A DNA stretch of 64,000 bases from Patellaria atrata CBS 101060 (GCA_010093705.1 MU006112.1:248001-312000), one strand, 5' to 3'. Positions 25,488-39,601 are shown, numbered from the stretch's first letter. The notes: generated by a model from the sequence alone, not told the origin. Numbers and translations: made by a program.

Positions 25488-26909
25488 TCAGACTTTCGCT
25501 GAATCCTTATTCCAAACACTCGCCACAAAATCTTCTACATCAGCCAATAGCTCCTCCGGCTTCTCCAGAGCTGCAAAGTGACCACCCTATTATATATCAT
25601 TAGCTCATGTATATCCTAACCACCAAGCGCTCAACAAAAGGAAAATACCTACATTCTCATGCTCACGATGCCACACTAAATTCCCCGTCTCCGCCACCCA
25701 ACTCTTCGGCATCGGCGCCACCTCATACGGGAAGAACGAGTACCCGAGCGGCTTCAGCACACGCTGGCTCTTAGCCCCATGAAAACCTCCCACGAGCGGT
25801 TCGTGCTGATACGGGAACCGGTACGTATATATCGACGTCGGGAAGCACCGCGTGAGCCAATACAAACTCACACTCTCCAGGATCTGATCAAAGCTCGGGT
25901 CCTGATCTGACCAGGCAAGGAATTTCTCTGCAATCCATGCGAGCAACGCAATTGGCGACGCGGATAAACACATCCCGATCGTCGCTGGCTTCGTGCCTTG
26001 CATCGCCACATATGCATGGCCCAGCTTCACAAACTCTCCACCTCTTGGTAGGAACTTTGCTTCAGCTGCACTGAGCTCGGAGTCGGGGGGTGCGTTATCT
26101 GGTTTGCGCATCATAGAAAAGTTGAGGTGGACGGCGCGGCAGGAGACGTAGTGCGCGCCGAGGATCCGGGAGATGTAGCTGCCAATGTCGCCGCCTTGGG
26201 CGACATAGCCGGCCTCGAAGCCGAGAGCGACGAGAAGCTTGTGCATGAGGCGGGCGGAGTCGAAGGTGTCCCAGTCTTTGTCAACGGGGGGTGGGGAGGA
26301 GAGAGTGTAGCCCGGAAGAGAGGGGACGACGATGTGGTAGGGTAGATCTTGTGGAGTATACTTCCTTCTCAGGAGATCTAGTATTGGGAGGAATTCCAGA
26401 AAACTTCCTACACATGCAATTTAGACACTGTTAACTATAGAAGAAGCGTGGATGTTACCGGGCCATCCGTGAAATAGTGCAAGTGGCACAGCATCACGCT
26501 TCTCGGAGAATAACGCTACAAAGTGAATGTCAAATTCTCTACCATCATCATCTCGGATTTTGAGCTTATAATTCGGAAATGAGTTGATGTGTGCTTCATG
26601 TGCTCTCCTGAGTTGGCATCTCAGTTATCTGCCCTGGTGGGGATGAATACGAGCCGGATATACGGTGCATATATCAACGAACCAGTCAAATTTATTCTGC
26701 CAATACTCCTTCGCTTCTAGCATCCAGGCTCGTGTGATACCATAACTTTTAAAGTCTACCTCCTGTTGTCGATTCTCATACGTTTCTTGAGTGATTGGGG
26801 AAAGACGGATAAGCTGCTTGAAGTCTGAAAGTTCTTGATCACTAACGTGTAGTTCAAACTTTGTTGGTGTAGATTTTGCCGTGTCAGGTAGGGTCTCATA
26901 TGGAGCCAT
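25488..26909 (-). CDS. Microsomal-type epoxide hydrolase (alpha/beta hydrolase with EHN domain), spliced
   Basis: N-terminal TYENRQ..W.NKFDW, FHGWPG, VVPSLPGY, QGGDIGS nucleophile, GGHFAALEKP. Confidence 0.9.
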
Positions 26910-28719
26910 AGTTGTATGGTAAAAGAAAAAGATCCTTTGCTCTCCTCAATGCGTCGAAGTTGAAGGTGGAGGACCTCTTATATTCAATCTCGGATGTCGC
27001 AAAGTATAATATAGGGAAATATCAAGAGAAAAAAGTAAGCATAGACACGCATCAAGTGGGGAAGCACTAGGCAAGGCAGAATGCTTGGTCCTTTGAATTG
27101 AAACCTACCCAACAGAAGGTGGAATGAGATTTGAAAGGCGAAGTTGATAGGATGGAAAGAGGCGCCTTCCTCCTGTAAGGAACTTACCTTACACAGTCAT
27201 CACGATTCGCAGGCGGTGTAGCTTCTAATTGGATTCAACGCTTTATCGCCTCGAGTTCTTCTTTTGGCAGTAGCTCATTCTCCAGATGATGCTGCAGAAC
27301 GTCGTGACGACTGCAGAGCGCGTCATTAACTCACGAAGTAACGTGATGGATGAGTGGTAAGAAAATTGCTGATTAATTCAATCAGTAGCTCTGTCTCCTC
27401 CACCTCAGCCAGTCGGGTACTCCGTAAGGTAAGGTACCTATTGTTACCATGACCAGGTTGATACCGTCAAGAATACGTCTGCGGTTGGCGCTGTTGCCGT
27501 CGTCTGTGTCATACATGTTGTTTGGTGATATCAGACGGGAGCAACTCTGAATATCATGGTTGGATATCGTAGGCTATCTCGGATGCGGAGTCAATTCTCT
27601 TGATGAACTCATGACTCTATTCGAACATTTGGATGTTTGAATGCAAGAAATAGAAATATGGTAAGGTGATGGAAGATACCCTAAGGTAAGGTCCCTATTG
27701 AGCTGTTCGAGATGAAAGGAGCAACCCCGCCATGGTCAATGCAGAGCGTGCTCAAACGGAACTTCTATTCTAATCCTAACCTAAGGTGCCTGGGGTCAGG
27801 TAGTATAAGAATAAGACTACTTGAAGAGTGGATTCTGTGTGATGGTACTTAATGGACTGTGTCTTAAACAGAAGCTTTGCGATCCTAAAGATAACCTCTT
27901 CCAAAATAGGAGCTGAATGGAAAAGAGTATGGTGTTCCATTGATTCGACAACTGCAGGTTCTTCGAACGGGGATGACGGCCGCACTCGAACTCTTTCGCA
28001 TACTACCACATCTGTGAAGGGAAGCTCTCTGTCCATAGTTCTACTCGACACTAGATTAGGACAAGAGTCATGTTATGAGTGCTCTCATTACAGATGCTTT
28101 TACTGGAGAAATCTGAGTACTCTTCTCGCTCCGGAGAGAAAGGGGTAAATATATATTATTTCATCCATTTGCTCTGAAATAATTTTCTAACTCGGTATCA
28201 GTTCGATAAAGTCGAATAATGAAGCTTTCTAGCCCAACGGATCCCCCGCGCCCTCCTGCAAGCTGTCGATCCCGAACACCGTTCACCATGGAAGTCAATT
28301 TTTCCTCCAATTGACCAGCTCAGGACTAGGGTTCTGACGCATCATTTTGCTCCTGGTAGTAAGCTTCAACGGTTCGTAGCTCGAACGAGCAAATCAGAGT
28401 AGTATCCGGGTAGAATCTGAGCTAGGATTTTGACAGTTTATACGTATTTTTTGCTACAGCAAGCACGATACCTTGAGATTCACCACACTGTACCATGTAC
28501 CACTAGTACCTACCGGCTCAACTCGATGGCGCACCCCTCCACCTCTGCCGGGGAGCATGTTGATCTTGGATGCTCGCCGTATATTACTGCGATTCGCGAA
28601 AAGAGATCATAAATCTGGAAAGGTCCTCGCCTCTCTGAGAACCTGAGCTTGAAAACCCATCATATTGTTTTTGTTGTTTTCCCGATTTTGATAGCTCCTG
28701 AGGAGCAAAATCAGTCACA

Positions 28720-30580
28720 ATGAAGCTGCCATCATTGCCCAAGACGTATAATACGTACTTTCTAGCTATAATCGCTACGATGGGTGGGATGCTGTGAGTG
28801 ACATTTTGACAATCAGATCCATGAATACATTACTGACCCTTGCTTAAGGTTCGGCTTCGACATCTCCTCAATGTCTGCGATTGTCATTACAGATCAATAT
28901 GTAGACTATTTCAACAACCCGCACGGTGTCATGCAAGGAGCAATTGGTTCGGCCTTAGCTGCTGGCTCTGTTCTTGGTTCCTTGATGGCGGGACCCACAT
29001 CAGATAAAATTGGACGGAGAGATTCTATCATGTACATCATAGCCGTTCTCTCTAACTCTGTAGTTGGAAGCTAACCTCATCTCTAGGTTTGCCTGTCTCT
29101 GGTGGCTTGTTGGCACAGCTCTCCAAGTATCCTGCAATGGTGTGGCTATGCTGATCGTGGGAAGAATCTTGAACGGTGTTACTGTCGGTATCACTTCTTC
29201 CCAAGTTCCGGTTTACCTCGCGGAGATCGCAAGGCACGACAAGCGTGGGTCAATCATCGTTATCCAACAGTTGGCCATTGAATGGGGCATCCTGATCATG
29301 TACTTCATCGGCTACGGTTGCTCCTTCATTGACGGTCCAGCATCTTTCCGCACTGCGTGGGCAATGCAATATCCACCTTGTATTTTGCTCATGATCGGTC
29401 TCCCTTTCCTACCTAGGTCTCCACGTTGGCTAGCAATGAAGGATCGCACCGAAGAAGCTATTAAGACACTAGCTAAAATCCAGGCCAACGGTAGGATCGA
29501 TGATCCCCTTGTCATCGCTGAGTTTGAGGAAATCACAACAGTACTTAGAGCAGAGCGGGCCGCTGCTAAGGGATGGAGAAAGTTCGTTTATAAAGGAATG
29601 TGGAAGAGAACACTGGCTGGTTTCTCTGTCCAGGCTTGGCAGCAATTGAGCGGTAAAATGCTATCAATCGGCGCATGATCGTTGTATAGCTGCTGACGTT
29701 AAGGATAGGTGCGAACACGATGACTTACTATATCGTTTACATCTTCCAGATGGCAAATTTATCTGGAAACCTTAACCTGATCTCATCTGGTATCCAGTAC
29801 GCACTCTTCATCATCTTCACGTCCATCATCTTTTTTGTTGTCGACAAGGTCGGCCGACGCCCACTTCTTGTTTATGGCGCGATTGGAATGGGCATATGTC
29901 ATTTCGTTGTGTAAGTCTCTTACCTCATCAATCGTCATTCTTGATTATTCTCTAACTGGTAATAGCGGCGGAGCTCTTGGTGGTAACTACGAGTACGTCC
30001 CAGGCGGCGTCGGCGGTAACGCAAATGTTCTCATGAGAGTAACTGGACCACCTGCACACACTGTCATCGCATTTTGCTACCTTCTCGTTATCGTAAGCCT
30101 CATCATTGAAAACCATCAGTAGCAAAGTTGACTCTTGAAAAGATTTATGCGCTTACGCTCGCACCTATTTGCTGGGTCTATGCTGCTGAAGTTTGGTCTC
30201 TCGAAACTCGAGCCACGGGTATGGGTATTGCGGCCGTTGGCAACTGGCTCTTCAACTTTGCCATTGGCCTCTTTTTGCCTCCAGCATTCCGTAATATTCT
30301 ATGGAAGATCTTTATCATCTTTGGAGTACTATGTTTCGCAGCTGCCGTACAGTTCTGGTTCACATATCCAGAGACATGTCGCAAGACAGTTGAAGAGATT
30401 GAGTGGTATTTTAGCGCAGAGGGTCCGCCTGCATGGAAGACAAAGCCTGGTGACTCAAGGTTAGATAGAGAGATCCAGGAGGTTATCGAAGCCCAAGAGA
30501 AAGGCTTGAGGAGCGAAAGTATTGCTGTTGTGGAAGAGGTTGCAGAAAAGGAACAGAAATCACATCAGGAGACAGTCTAG
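28720..30580 (+). CDS. MFS sugar porter (high-affinity glucose transporter-like), 5 introns
   Basis: GGML|FGFDISSMS, SDKIGRRDSI, VPVYLAEI, PRSPRWL, WQQLSG|ANTMTYY, VDKVGRRPLL, WVYAAEVW, YPET. Confidence 0.92.
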
Positions 30581-30829
30581 TTCTTTGTCTGTATTTCCTC
30601 TCCTGTTATGGTATCTACTCGCTTGTTGTATGCTGGCTCTTAGGATGGTCTTGACTCCAATGTATATGAAAGTTGAGAATATACGAATGACGATTAAACA
30701 TACAGTAGTTGTCCAACAAGCTTTTTGTATAGACTTATGCAATGCCGACTGTGATTGGGGGAGTGATAACGCGAATGTTGAGGAGAAGGATGAGACGTAC
30801 TAGCAGGAGTGTAGGACGTTGACACATCC

Positions 30830-31535
30830 GAGGACCTTTTTTAGAGACATGAAATTTTTGGTCTTTGCTCAAAAGTTAGTAAAGGAGCAATTGATACGAT
30901 TATTTAAGATCTCGTTCAAAAATCTCGAAGATCCATGTGCGATATTTTTTTTTGGATGAGATGTTCACTTTAAGGGAAACTTCGTGAATGGAACACGAGT
31001 CAACGCACGAGCCATATCTGAGATCTCGGCACTAAAGTGCTCTTCATCTGATACATCTGAACGCTTTTCGTTCAAAGAGGCGTAATTTTTTTTTGGTCTT
31101 CTGCGCTATAGCTGATAAAGAGGTAGTCAGTACAATTATCTAAGATCTCCTTGAAAATCTCGAAGATCTATGTGCTATGTGAATATTCTATTAGATTAAT
31201 TTTATAACGCACGAGCCATGTTCAAAATCCTGGCAGTAAAACAGTGCCGTAATGGACGCTGATATATGAACAATTGTTCTTGAAACGCATGATTTTTTTT
31301 GGTAAAATGCGTAACAGCTTATAACGGAGTAATCGATATGATTATCTAGAATCCTCTTAAAAAATCTTGAAGGTCCATGTGCGGTATGAATTCTGAATTT
31401 GAACTTCACTTTCTCTTTACCAGATGGGAAGGAGAAGAGACGTGAGCAAGCTCGTGTTGACGCACGAGTCACATTCGGAATTATACCAAACAACAGAGCT
31501 GGAAATATGAATGATCGGGTGATCTTTTTGGTCAG
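30830..31535. repeat. Degenerate tandem repeat, unit ~206-236 bp, three copies plus a partial
   Basis: The block AAAATCTYGAAGRTCYATGTGC recurs in units starting ~30906, 31142, 31348; ACGCACGAG at 31003, 31207, 31460; a T-run followed by GGT occurs in each unit. Confidence 0.8.
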
Positions 31536-31817
31536 CGAAGTTTGAGAAATGTTTGAACCGTGATGTCTACATGTCTATGGTATATACGAACTTGGGCATT
31601 TCCGCTTCCTCCCGCATCATCCCTGTCAAGTTGTCGCTGCCTCATGGTGATGATTCTAGTGAATGATTGATCCGACATCAACCTCAACACCTCCCTCAAC
31701 TTTGCCGCCAAACCTCCAGCTTCTTCAAACCGCCTTAGGATACATTATTCTGCAAATTTATCAGTTTATTTCCCATAGCGCTGCACTTAGACTTTTTCTC
31801 TTCTAATAGCATTCAAG

Positions 31818-32247
31818 ATGCAAATTAAGTATGCCCCGCCCCCACCATGATCATCTCCTTGCCTTATGGATCTATGATACTAACTCTAGTTACAGAGTTC
31901 GCACCCTCACGGGCAAGGAAATCGAGTTAGACATCGAGCCAGAATACAAGGTCCGACACCTTCATTCTGTCCGCCGCTACGGCACAAACCTCCACCCGTC
32001 CTAACACATCCACCAGGTCTCTCAGATCAAGGAGCGCGTCGAGGAGAAAGAAGGCATCCCACCCGTCCAACAACGACTGATCTTCGGAGGAAAGCAAATG
32101 TGAGACTCCACCTACTTCTTCCCGCCTCTACCTTCCCACGCTAACACGAAGCGCTACAGGGCCGACGAGAAGACAGCCGAAGAATACAACCTCGAGGGCG
32201 GAGCTACACTGCATTTGGTGCTTGCTCTGCGCGGCGGCTCATCATAA
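31818..32247 (+). CDS. NEDD8: Ubiquitin-like protein NEDD8/Rub1, 3 introns
   Basis: Spliced: [78 protein letters not shown]. Absent from the ORF track. Confidence 0.95.
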
Positions 32248-32866
32248 CTTCTCTTTCCGTGTGGGCTGACTGTGTGCGCTCCGTCAAGGAAATTAATTGC
32301 GTCCAAGCGATTGCGTGGCCCACCCGACATTGCTGTAGCGATTTCGCTCGGTGCATATACAACTCGTGGCATGTGAAGAACGACAAGCGTCAGTGGAATT
32401 GCAAGACGTGGAAGATCCTCTGGTATTTGAAGGAAGATATGAACGCAGTGGATGTTTGTATGACAGTCGCAGGGATTCGAGGGGAGGGGTGGAGAGATCG
32501 ATGAGTTTTCTATTATTCAATACAACAGAAGCGTCTATTAGGTTAATTCCCATCCAAATCTTGTGCCGCCAAAGTATGGTAGAATCCTGTTCTGTGTCCA
32601 TATCATTACTATCCCAGATAGCTATTATGCTCGTACCCCAATTCTAAGTCGCTTATTGTTTATCCAATGTTTCCTCTAACGATCTTATCTTTTCATAACG
32701 TCCCAATGTTTCCATACCTATCTAACGTTTCCCATTACTACTTCAATATTCCCTTAAATAGTCCAATATTCCCCTAGATCTAATGATTCCTATAAATTTC
32801 CCGAAACGCCACGCTTGTAATAGAAGGATCAGACTTTATAGTACATTATAGGTTTTTCATTTGCCC

Positions 32867-33886
32867 TCATCGCCTCCTTTTCGGGGCTGGCATTAATACA
32901 TTGACCTCTCGTTTTCTCTTTGTGATCGGGGTAGCTGAGACAGTAGGTCTATAGATATAGTCTTGGCTTGAAGGCGTGAATCTCTTTTCAGGGGCTGGTG
33001 TTGGTGTAGAAGTTACTTGCGTCTGCTTAGAGACTGGACTTGAAGCCTGTGGAGTCGGTCTTTGAAAGCCAGAGTTCGCAAGAGCTCTTAATCTCCGTTC
33101 CTGCTTTGATAAGACTTCGGGATCTGTGGGTTGAGACGCTGTCACTGAGGTCGATGGTCTAGTGCTTGAGCTACCTCCCGTTGTTGTAGATGTCTTGGCG
33201 GAACCTCCTGGGTTATGCTCTCCGGGCATGTGGGGTTTGGTATAATCAAGCAACATCCCTTTCGGTGCCTGGACTTGCTTACTCCTTCTTGATGTTAATA
33301 TTGCTGCAGGAATCGAGAGGGATGCTCCCCGCTGTTGTTTTGCATCCGCTGTAGTCCGCCTAATCTTCTGAATGATACCCGCTCCTGTGAGTGTCTTTGT
33401 TCTGCTTCCCTTCGTACCGAACTGTAGTATACCTCTATCCTCCGGGCGCTGTGATACAGTTCTCGGCGGTCTCACTCCACTTTTGCCAGACAACGGGCGA
33501 TATATCATCTTAACTGCTGACTCCTCTTTCTCCTTTTGCATAGCGCCAAACTGTCGCCGCAGCTCTTCGGTAGCGGCATCAACCTCTCTCTTGTTCTGTC
33601 TCTCTAGCCTCTTATACAGGCTGAACCAGTTGTTTGGGTTACTAGGCTCACGTTGCATCGTACGCCAGTTGGGGATATCCCGTCTGATGAACGCTTTCCA
33701 TAGCTCAGAGTCTTCTCCAGCAATTTGGGGAGAATTCTTTTCGATTTCGGCGAGTTGATATGGGTTCTCTACCTTAAGGAGGATGGGCCGTAATATGCGA
33801 TAGGGGAGATCACCCATATCGTCAAGCTTCTCGATGTTGCGAATCGCCTTGCGTTTGGCAACGTCCATGAGGGAAGGGGCAGGCAT
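32867..33886 (-). CDS. ELA1: RNA polymerase II elongation factor Elongin A
   Basis: BC-box-like APSLMDVA, DMGDLPYRILRPILLKVENPYQLAEIEKNSPQI..ELWKAFIRRDIP. Confidence 0.85.
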   Translation of the reverse strand: MPAPSLMDVAKRKAIRNIEKLDDMGDLPYRILRPILLKVENPYQLAEIEKNSPQIAGEDSELWKAFIRRDIPNWRTMQREPSNPNNWFSLYKRLERQNKREVDAATEELRRQFGAMQKEKEESAVKMIYRPLSGKSGVRPPRTVSQRPEDRGILQFGTKGSRTKTLTGAGIIQKIRRTTADAKQQRGASLSIPAAILTSRRSKQVQAPKGMLLDYTKPHMPGEHNPGGSAKTSTTTGGSSSTRPSTSVTASQPTDPEVLSKQERRLRALANSGFQRPTPQASSPVSKQTQVTSTPTPAPEKRFTPSSQDYIYRPTVSATPITKRKREVNVLMPAPKRRR

Positions 33887-34425
33887 TATGAGGATGGGGC
33901 AGAGTATGAAGCAAAGAGTAAGGTACGAGTTACCGCTTCCTTCTCTAAGCTAAGAATTATGGGTACTCTGTCCTTTGTTTGTAGACTGAATAGCTGCGGC
34001 TGAGGACAAGTATCTGGGGATAGGGAATAATGTAGCGAAGAGGGAGTTATAAAGGCAGAGGTGTCGAGTTCCAGCGACAAGATATATATAGCGGTCACAT
34101 CGGAATCGGTGGTCAAGACGTTAGCTTGATTCGAACCTTTGGGTGTGATTATCCATGGATAAGGTAATGGTGAGGTGGTCACCGCTTATAAAGGTAACAT
34201 AGGACGAGAAGATGGACCCTTTGTTTGCCGATTGCGAGCAGTCAAATCCACCCCCTTTGCCGCGATTCGGCCGACGCACCTCGCAACCTCTTGGACTCTT
34301 GGAGGTGATGCACTCTGTAATAGATAATATCTAACTACAACGTAAAGTTGTACACTCCACCGCGTCCACTCCTTGACACGAATATTTAGGCGTTCCGTCA
34401 AGCTCAACATATTCAAATTGATCAT

Positions 34426-35533
34426 ATGGCTTCCAACGAATATGGCTTGATAGAGCAATCCGACGAAGGTGCGCAAACAACCCCAGACCCTGGGGATTCC
34501 ACCATGAAGTGCACAGCTAATTGAAATAGATGCACTGCACAAATCTCGTCTACTATCCGTGGAACAAAAACCTTTTGCGCGAGTAACGAAACGCTTACTG
34601 GGCGAAGGCTCACTAATCTCCCAACCGCCAACTTCTCTACCAACACCACCACCAGATGCATCTGCAGCCGACGAGGAGGCAGCAGCCAGAGAGAGCGAGC
34701 GCCAAAAACAAGCAGAGAAGCGCAAACAATGGCGTGAAGACGTCATTCTAGATTTCGCCGCGCTAGAAGCTAGCATTGTCCGAATACAATTCTTACAAAA
34801 CAGTAACGAAAAGGAGCGGGAAAGATATGCGGCCGAAAAGATCAAGATCCTAGAAACGGCACAGGCAATACGTGATAATACCGCGGAGCTAAGAATACAG
34901 CTCGAGGAGGCGCAAAAGATGCTGGCTTTACGCAAGACTTATGATGAACTGGCAGAGAAGATCACAAGCAACCGGATGTTGCGGCCGCGGGAGGATCAGC
35001 ATGCGCAATTAGAGAAGTTAAATGCAGAGATTGCGGAGTTGGAGCAGGAGAGCCTGGACTACAAACATACATGGGCGGAAAGGAGGGAACAGTTCGAAAG
35101 AATCGTGGGAGAAGGCAAGCAGATGCTTAGATTAATCAGAGATGAAAAGGAAGAAGCGGAGCGGAAAGAAGGCATGGAAGGTGCTGATGATGGTGACGAT
35201 GGAGAGGGTAGTACTATGAGAGGAGAACCAAGTTTAGGCGGTACACCAAGACCGGACGGAGAATCTACACCGATGCATATTGGGCATGAAGGAGATACTC
35301 AGTTACGACTAGGAGTTCAGCACGGAGATCGATTAGCGCCGATATCTGCTTCTCCTTCGAGGTCCCATAGCAGAGCAGGCTCGCCAGGGCTGCAAGGGAG
35401 GAAGGATCATGATGTTGAGATGACAGAGTCTAATGGAAACACTCAACGCGAGCCTGAAGATGACTTATCTGAAATCGAGGAAGGGGAAATGGGAGAGGAT
35501 AGCCCAATCGTAGACAAGATGGACGAAACTTGA
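34426..35533 (+). CDS. THO complex subunit 7 / Mft1-like
   Basis: MASNEYGLIEQSDED|ALHKSRLLSVEQKPFARVTKRLL, WREDVILDFAALEASIVRIQFL, RKTYDELAEKI; intron 34469-34529. Confidence 0.85.
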
Positions 35534-35655
35534 GGCTAGTTGGTCCCAAAGTATAGAAAAGGGGTATGTAAAGGACTTGAGCATAGTATTACTAAGTTAC
35601 TATACAATCACATCCTCAACAGATATCTTCATTCTCCTGGGAAACCGGCGTGAAC

Positions 35656-36107
35656 TCAGGAGGCTTCTCTCATAGCCTCCAAGCCTTTTGCAACTGCCTC
35701 ATGTGCTTTGGTGACTTCCTCTGTAGACGCCTCGCCCCCAGCTTCCTTATTCTTCTCCTAGTAGTCATTAAATTTTACTTGAGATCATAGAAATCATGCC
35801 CTTACCAGCTGCTCATTCAAATTTTCAACGGCGGTTTTAATCTTTTCTTTCAAGGTTGGGAAAACCTGTTTGGTCTCTTCCAAAGCTTTCCTCTGCTGCC
35901 AATGAGTCTACAAGCCTACTTCACCGGTATTAGATGCTATCGCACCTCTTGATTCAGTATATACTCAGCATTTTCATCATTGCTGCCCGACTCAAGTTTC
36001 TGAATGCGAGCCTGTTGCTGTTCGAGCTCTTTGTGATAACTAGCCTCTTCCTTGACTAAGCGCAACAGAGACAAAGTGGTAACTTGGAGTTTCGAAGGAG
36101 GTGCCAT
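35656..36107 (-). CDS. RBL2: Tubulin-binding cofactor A (Rbl2), 2 introns
   Basis: MAPPSKLQVTTLSLLRLVKEEASYHKELEQQ..DENAEYILNQE|RKALEETKQVFPTLKEKI...EAMREAS*. Absent from the ORF track. Confidence 0.88.
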
Positions 36108-36244
36108 GTTTTAAAGTTTTCGAAATGCGTTTTGCAAAGAAAGCAAGAAAACATCATGGCTAGAATGTGTATGCCTGATAGCTTCTGATACTGTTATATT
36201 TAGCTAAGCCTAATCAGTAATAATTATTAGACCCTTGGCAAAGC

Positions 36245-36272
36245 ACGCGCTGACGCGCGAAGGGGATCGCGT
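36245..36272. promoter_or_regulatory. Cluster of three ACGCG/CGCGT (MCB-like) cores in the divergent RBL2-MCM4 promoter
   Basis: ACGCG at 36245 and 36253, TCGCGT at 36267; 90-115 bp upstream of the MCM4 ATG. Confidence 0.6.
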
Positions 36273-36360
36273 CTCCTCAACTTTTCTTAACCTCCTGATA
36301 CCCCTCTACCTCTACACAATAAACACCGCTTTTTTCTCTAAGTTCATCTAAGACAATATC

Positions 36361-39300
36361 ATGTCTTCTCCCGCTTCGAGGCGCTCTCAGCGCAACTCAG
36401 CAACGCCTAGAAGAAATCCACTGTCATCCCAAGCTCCACAGTCCAGTCCTGCAGGTGCCGACCAGCAGTTACGGTTTGAAGCCTCTCAAGCTTCAGGTCA
36501 TGGGGGTTCGCAAGCAACGCCTATTGCGTCTAGATTGCGACAAAATATTGCATCTTCTTCGCCGCTGTTCTTCAATTCTTCGCCAGCTAATGGGTCTGGA
36601 GCGGCGAATGGTGCTCCACCGAGCTCTCCCCTAAGACAGAGATCAGACGTTACGGACGGGGACAGGACCCCCAGAGCTTCTGAGCAACAACATATTGGAG
36701 GTTTGTAAGACCACCTCCTACTGAGCAAGTTAACTGACCCTTTTGCAGATTCTTCACCTATTCGCTATGCCTCAAGTTCTAGTCCTACAAGGGCGGTAAA
36801 TGCTCAAAGATCCACAAATCTGCACAGCAGCAGCAGCAATCTTTTCGTCCGATCTAGTTTATCAGATGCTCCAGGAACAGCTGCTCGTAACCGACGTAGC
36901 GATATCAATTCGGATCTATTGGGTTCGGGCAATCGCAGACGCCGCGTGTTCGTCGACGAAAATGGAATGGCCGTTGGATCTGAGGCCCCTGGATCTGATG
37001 CTGCAACATTTTCGAACCTCAATCCCAATACCTCGGATGCAGATGTTCTTGGTGGCGAGTCAACTCGAGTTATTTGGGGAACTAATGTCTCGATCATGGA
37101 TTCACTTTCGGCAATGAAGGAGTTTCTCTTCAACTATCAGCGAAAATATCGTTTAATCGTGGATGGTGAGCTCCAAGAGAATCAACGTCTATCACAAGGT
37201 CATCCCGGTAACACGAAAGAATATGTGGAAATGCTGAAAACTATGTTGGATCTCGGCACCACGTCTCTGAATCTTGATCTCAAAAATCTCAGATCATATC
37301 CTCCAACCGTCAAACTATGGCATCAGCTGCAATCGTTTCCCAACGAAATCATCCCAATCATGGATGTGGCTCTCAAAGACGTGATCATTGAACTAGCAGA
37401 AAAACGTATGCATGAAATGAGAGTACAGCAGCAGCAACAAGCGCAACGGCCGAGCAGAACAAGAGATTCCAGCTCTTTACCTCCAATGCCGAGTTCAGAA
37501 GCTGGAACCCCCGGGGGGCCAGCAGCTGCAGCAGCTATTGATATACCGAATCTAATACAGGAAGTGGATAGCAAGATATTCAGGGTAAGGCCTTTTGGCC
37601 TCGATAAGACAATTAACTTACGCGATTTGAACCCTAATGGTAAGTAATCCCTTCCTTGACTTTGGATAATTTCTAACGTCTTTACTAGACATGGACAAGC
37701 TGGTCAGTATCAAAGGGTTGGTTATCCGCACCACTCCAATCATTCCAGACATGAAAGACGCTTTCTTCCGTTGTTCAGTGTGTAATCACACCGTAAAAGT
37801 GGATATTGATAGAGGCAAGATTGCTGAGCCCACAACGTGTCCCCGTCCGGTCTGTGCATCAGCGAACTCGATGCAGATCGTGCACAACCGATCTGGCTTT
37901 GCCGATAAACAAGTCATCAAACTCCAAGAGACTCCAGATAGCGTTCCTGACGGCCAGACTCCTCATTCAGTCTCACTTTGCTCCTATGATGAGCTTGTAG
38001 ACGTTTGTAAAGCAGGTGACAGAGTTGAGATCACCGGAATTTTTAAGTGTGACCAAGTTCGGGTTAATCCCCGCCAACGTTCAGTCAAGAACGTCTTCAA
38101 GACATATGTTGATTGCCTTCATATCCAGAAAGTTGACAAGAGGAGAATGGGCATTGATGCTTCAACACTCGAGGAAGAACTATCTGAGCAGGTGGCGGGC
38201 GAAATTGAGGAGAAACGCAGAGTTAGTGAAGAGGAGGAAGCTATAATTAAGGAAACAGCACAGCGCTCAGATGTGTATGAGCTCCTATCCCGTTCGCTTG
38301 CACCCAGCATTTACGAAATGGATGATGTCAAGAAAGGTATTCTCCTACAATTGTTCGGTGGTACCAATAAATCCTTCGAAAAGGGTGGAAGTCCGAGGTA
38401 TAGGGGCGACATCAATGTCCTGCTATGTGGCGATCCCTCAACTTCCAAATCTCAACTGCTGCAATATGTCCACAAGATTGCTCCTCGTGGTATATACACA
38501 AGCGGCAAAGGTTCTTCAGCTGTAGGTCTTACAGCATATGTAACTCGGGATCCAGAGACTCGGCAGCTCGTGCTCGAATCTGGTGCTCTAGTACTGTCAG
38601 ATGGAGGTGTCTGTTGTATCGACGAGTTCGATAAGATGAACGATTCGACTCGATCCGTCCTGCACGAAGTGATGGAACAGCAGACGGTGTCAATTGCGAA
38701 AGCTGGAATCATCACGACTCTCAACGCTAGGACGAGCATTCTTGCCTCTGCAAATCCCATAGGGAGCAAGTATAATCCTAATCTTCCAGTCCCGCAAAAT
38801 ATTGATCTCCCACCTACCCTGCTCTCTCGTTTCGATCTCGTATATCTCGTTCTCGATCGCATTGACGAGCAGAATGATCGACGATTAGCGCGACATCTTG
38901 TAGGCATGTATCTTGAGGATACACCGGAGAATGCGAGCGCATCGGAAGTATTGGTAAGTCTCTTTGTTTCAGCTATAAGTCCATAGGTTTAAAACTAACA
39001 GCGTTCCTTACAGCCCCTAGAATTCCTCACGGCGTATATCTCCTATGCTCGCGCGAATATCCAGCCTAAGCTTACCCAAGCTGCATCTAATACTCTTGTA
39101 GAAGCGTATGTCGCAATGCGCAAACTAGGTGAAGACGTACGCGCAGCAGAGCGTCGCATTACCGCTACTACTAGACAACTTGAATCAATGATTCGCCTAG
39201 CAGAAGCACACGCAAAAATGCGACTCTCCGAAATAGTAGAGGCGTCCGATGTCGAGGAAGCTGTACGTCTTATCAAGAGCGCTCTCAAACAGTCTGCCAC

Positions 39301-39601
39301 AGATGCTCGAACAGGTCTTATTGACATGGGACTCCTGACCGAAGGACAAAGTACCGGTGAAAAGAGAAGGAAGAAGGATCTCATAGACGCAGTTCTACGA
39401 ACGATAGATGAAATGGTGAGTGCAGGTGGTGCGAGTTTGAGGATAGCAGAGATCATTAGAAGGGTGGGTGAGGGTAGTTCGATTGAAGTTGAAGGGAACG
39501 AAGTTCAGGACGCATTGAGGATACTTGAAACGGAAGGAAAGGTGGTAATCAGTGGAGAAGGAGGTAGGAGAACCGTCAGGAGAGTTACTGGCGTAGTTTG
39601 A
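36361..39601 (+). CDS. MCM4: DNA replication licensing factor MCM4 (Cdc54), 3 introns
   Basis: IWGTNVS, zinc finger [54 protein letters not shown]. Confidence 0.97.

Noticed and set aside
30830..31535. CRISPR-like array
   Set aside because: Eukaryotic context; units are long, degenerate and homologous along their length, with no cas genes.
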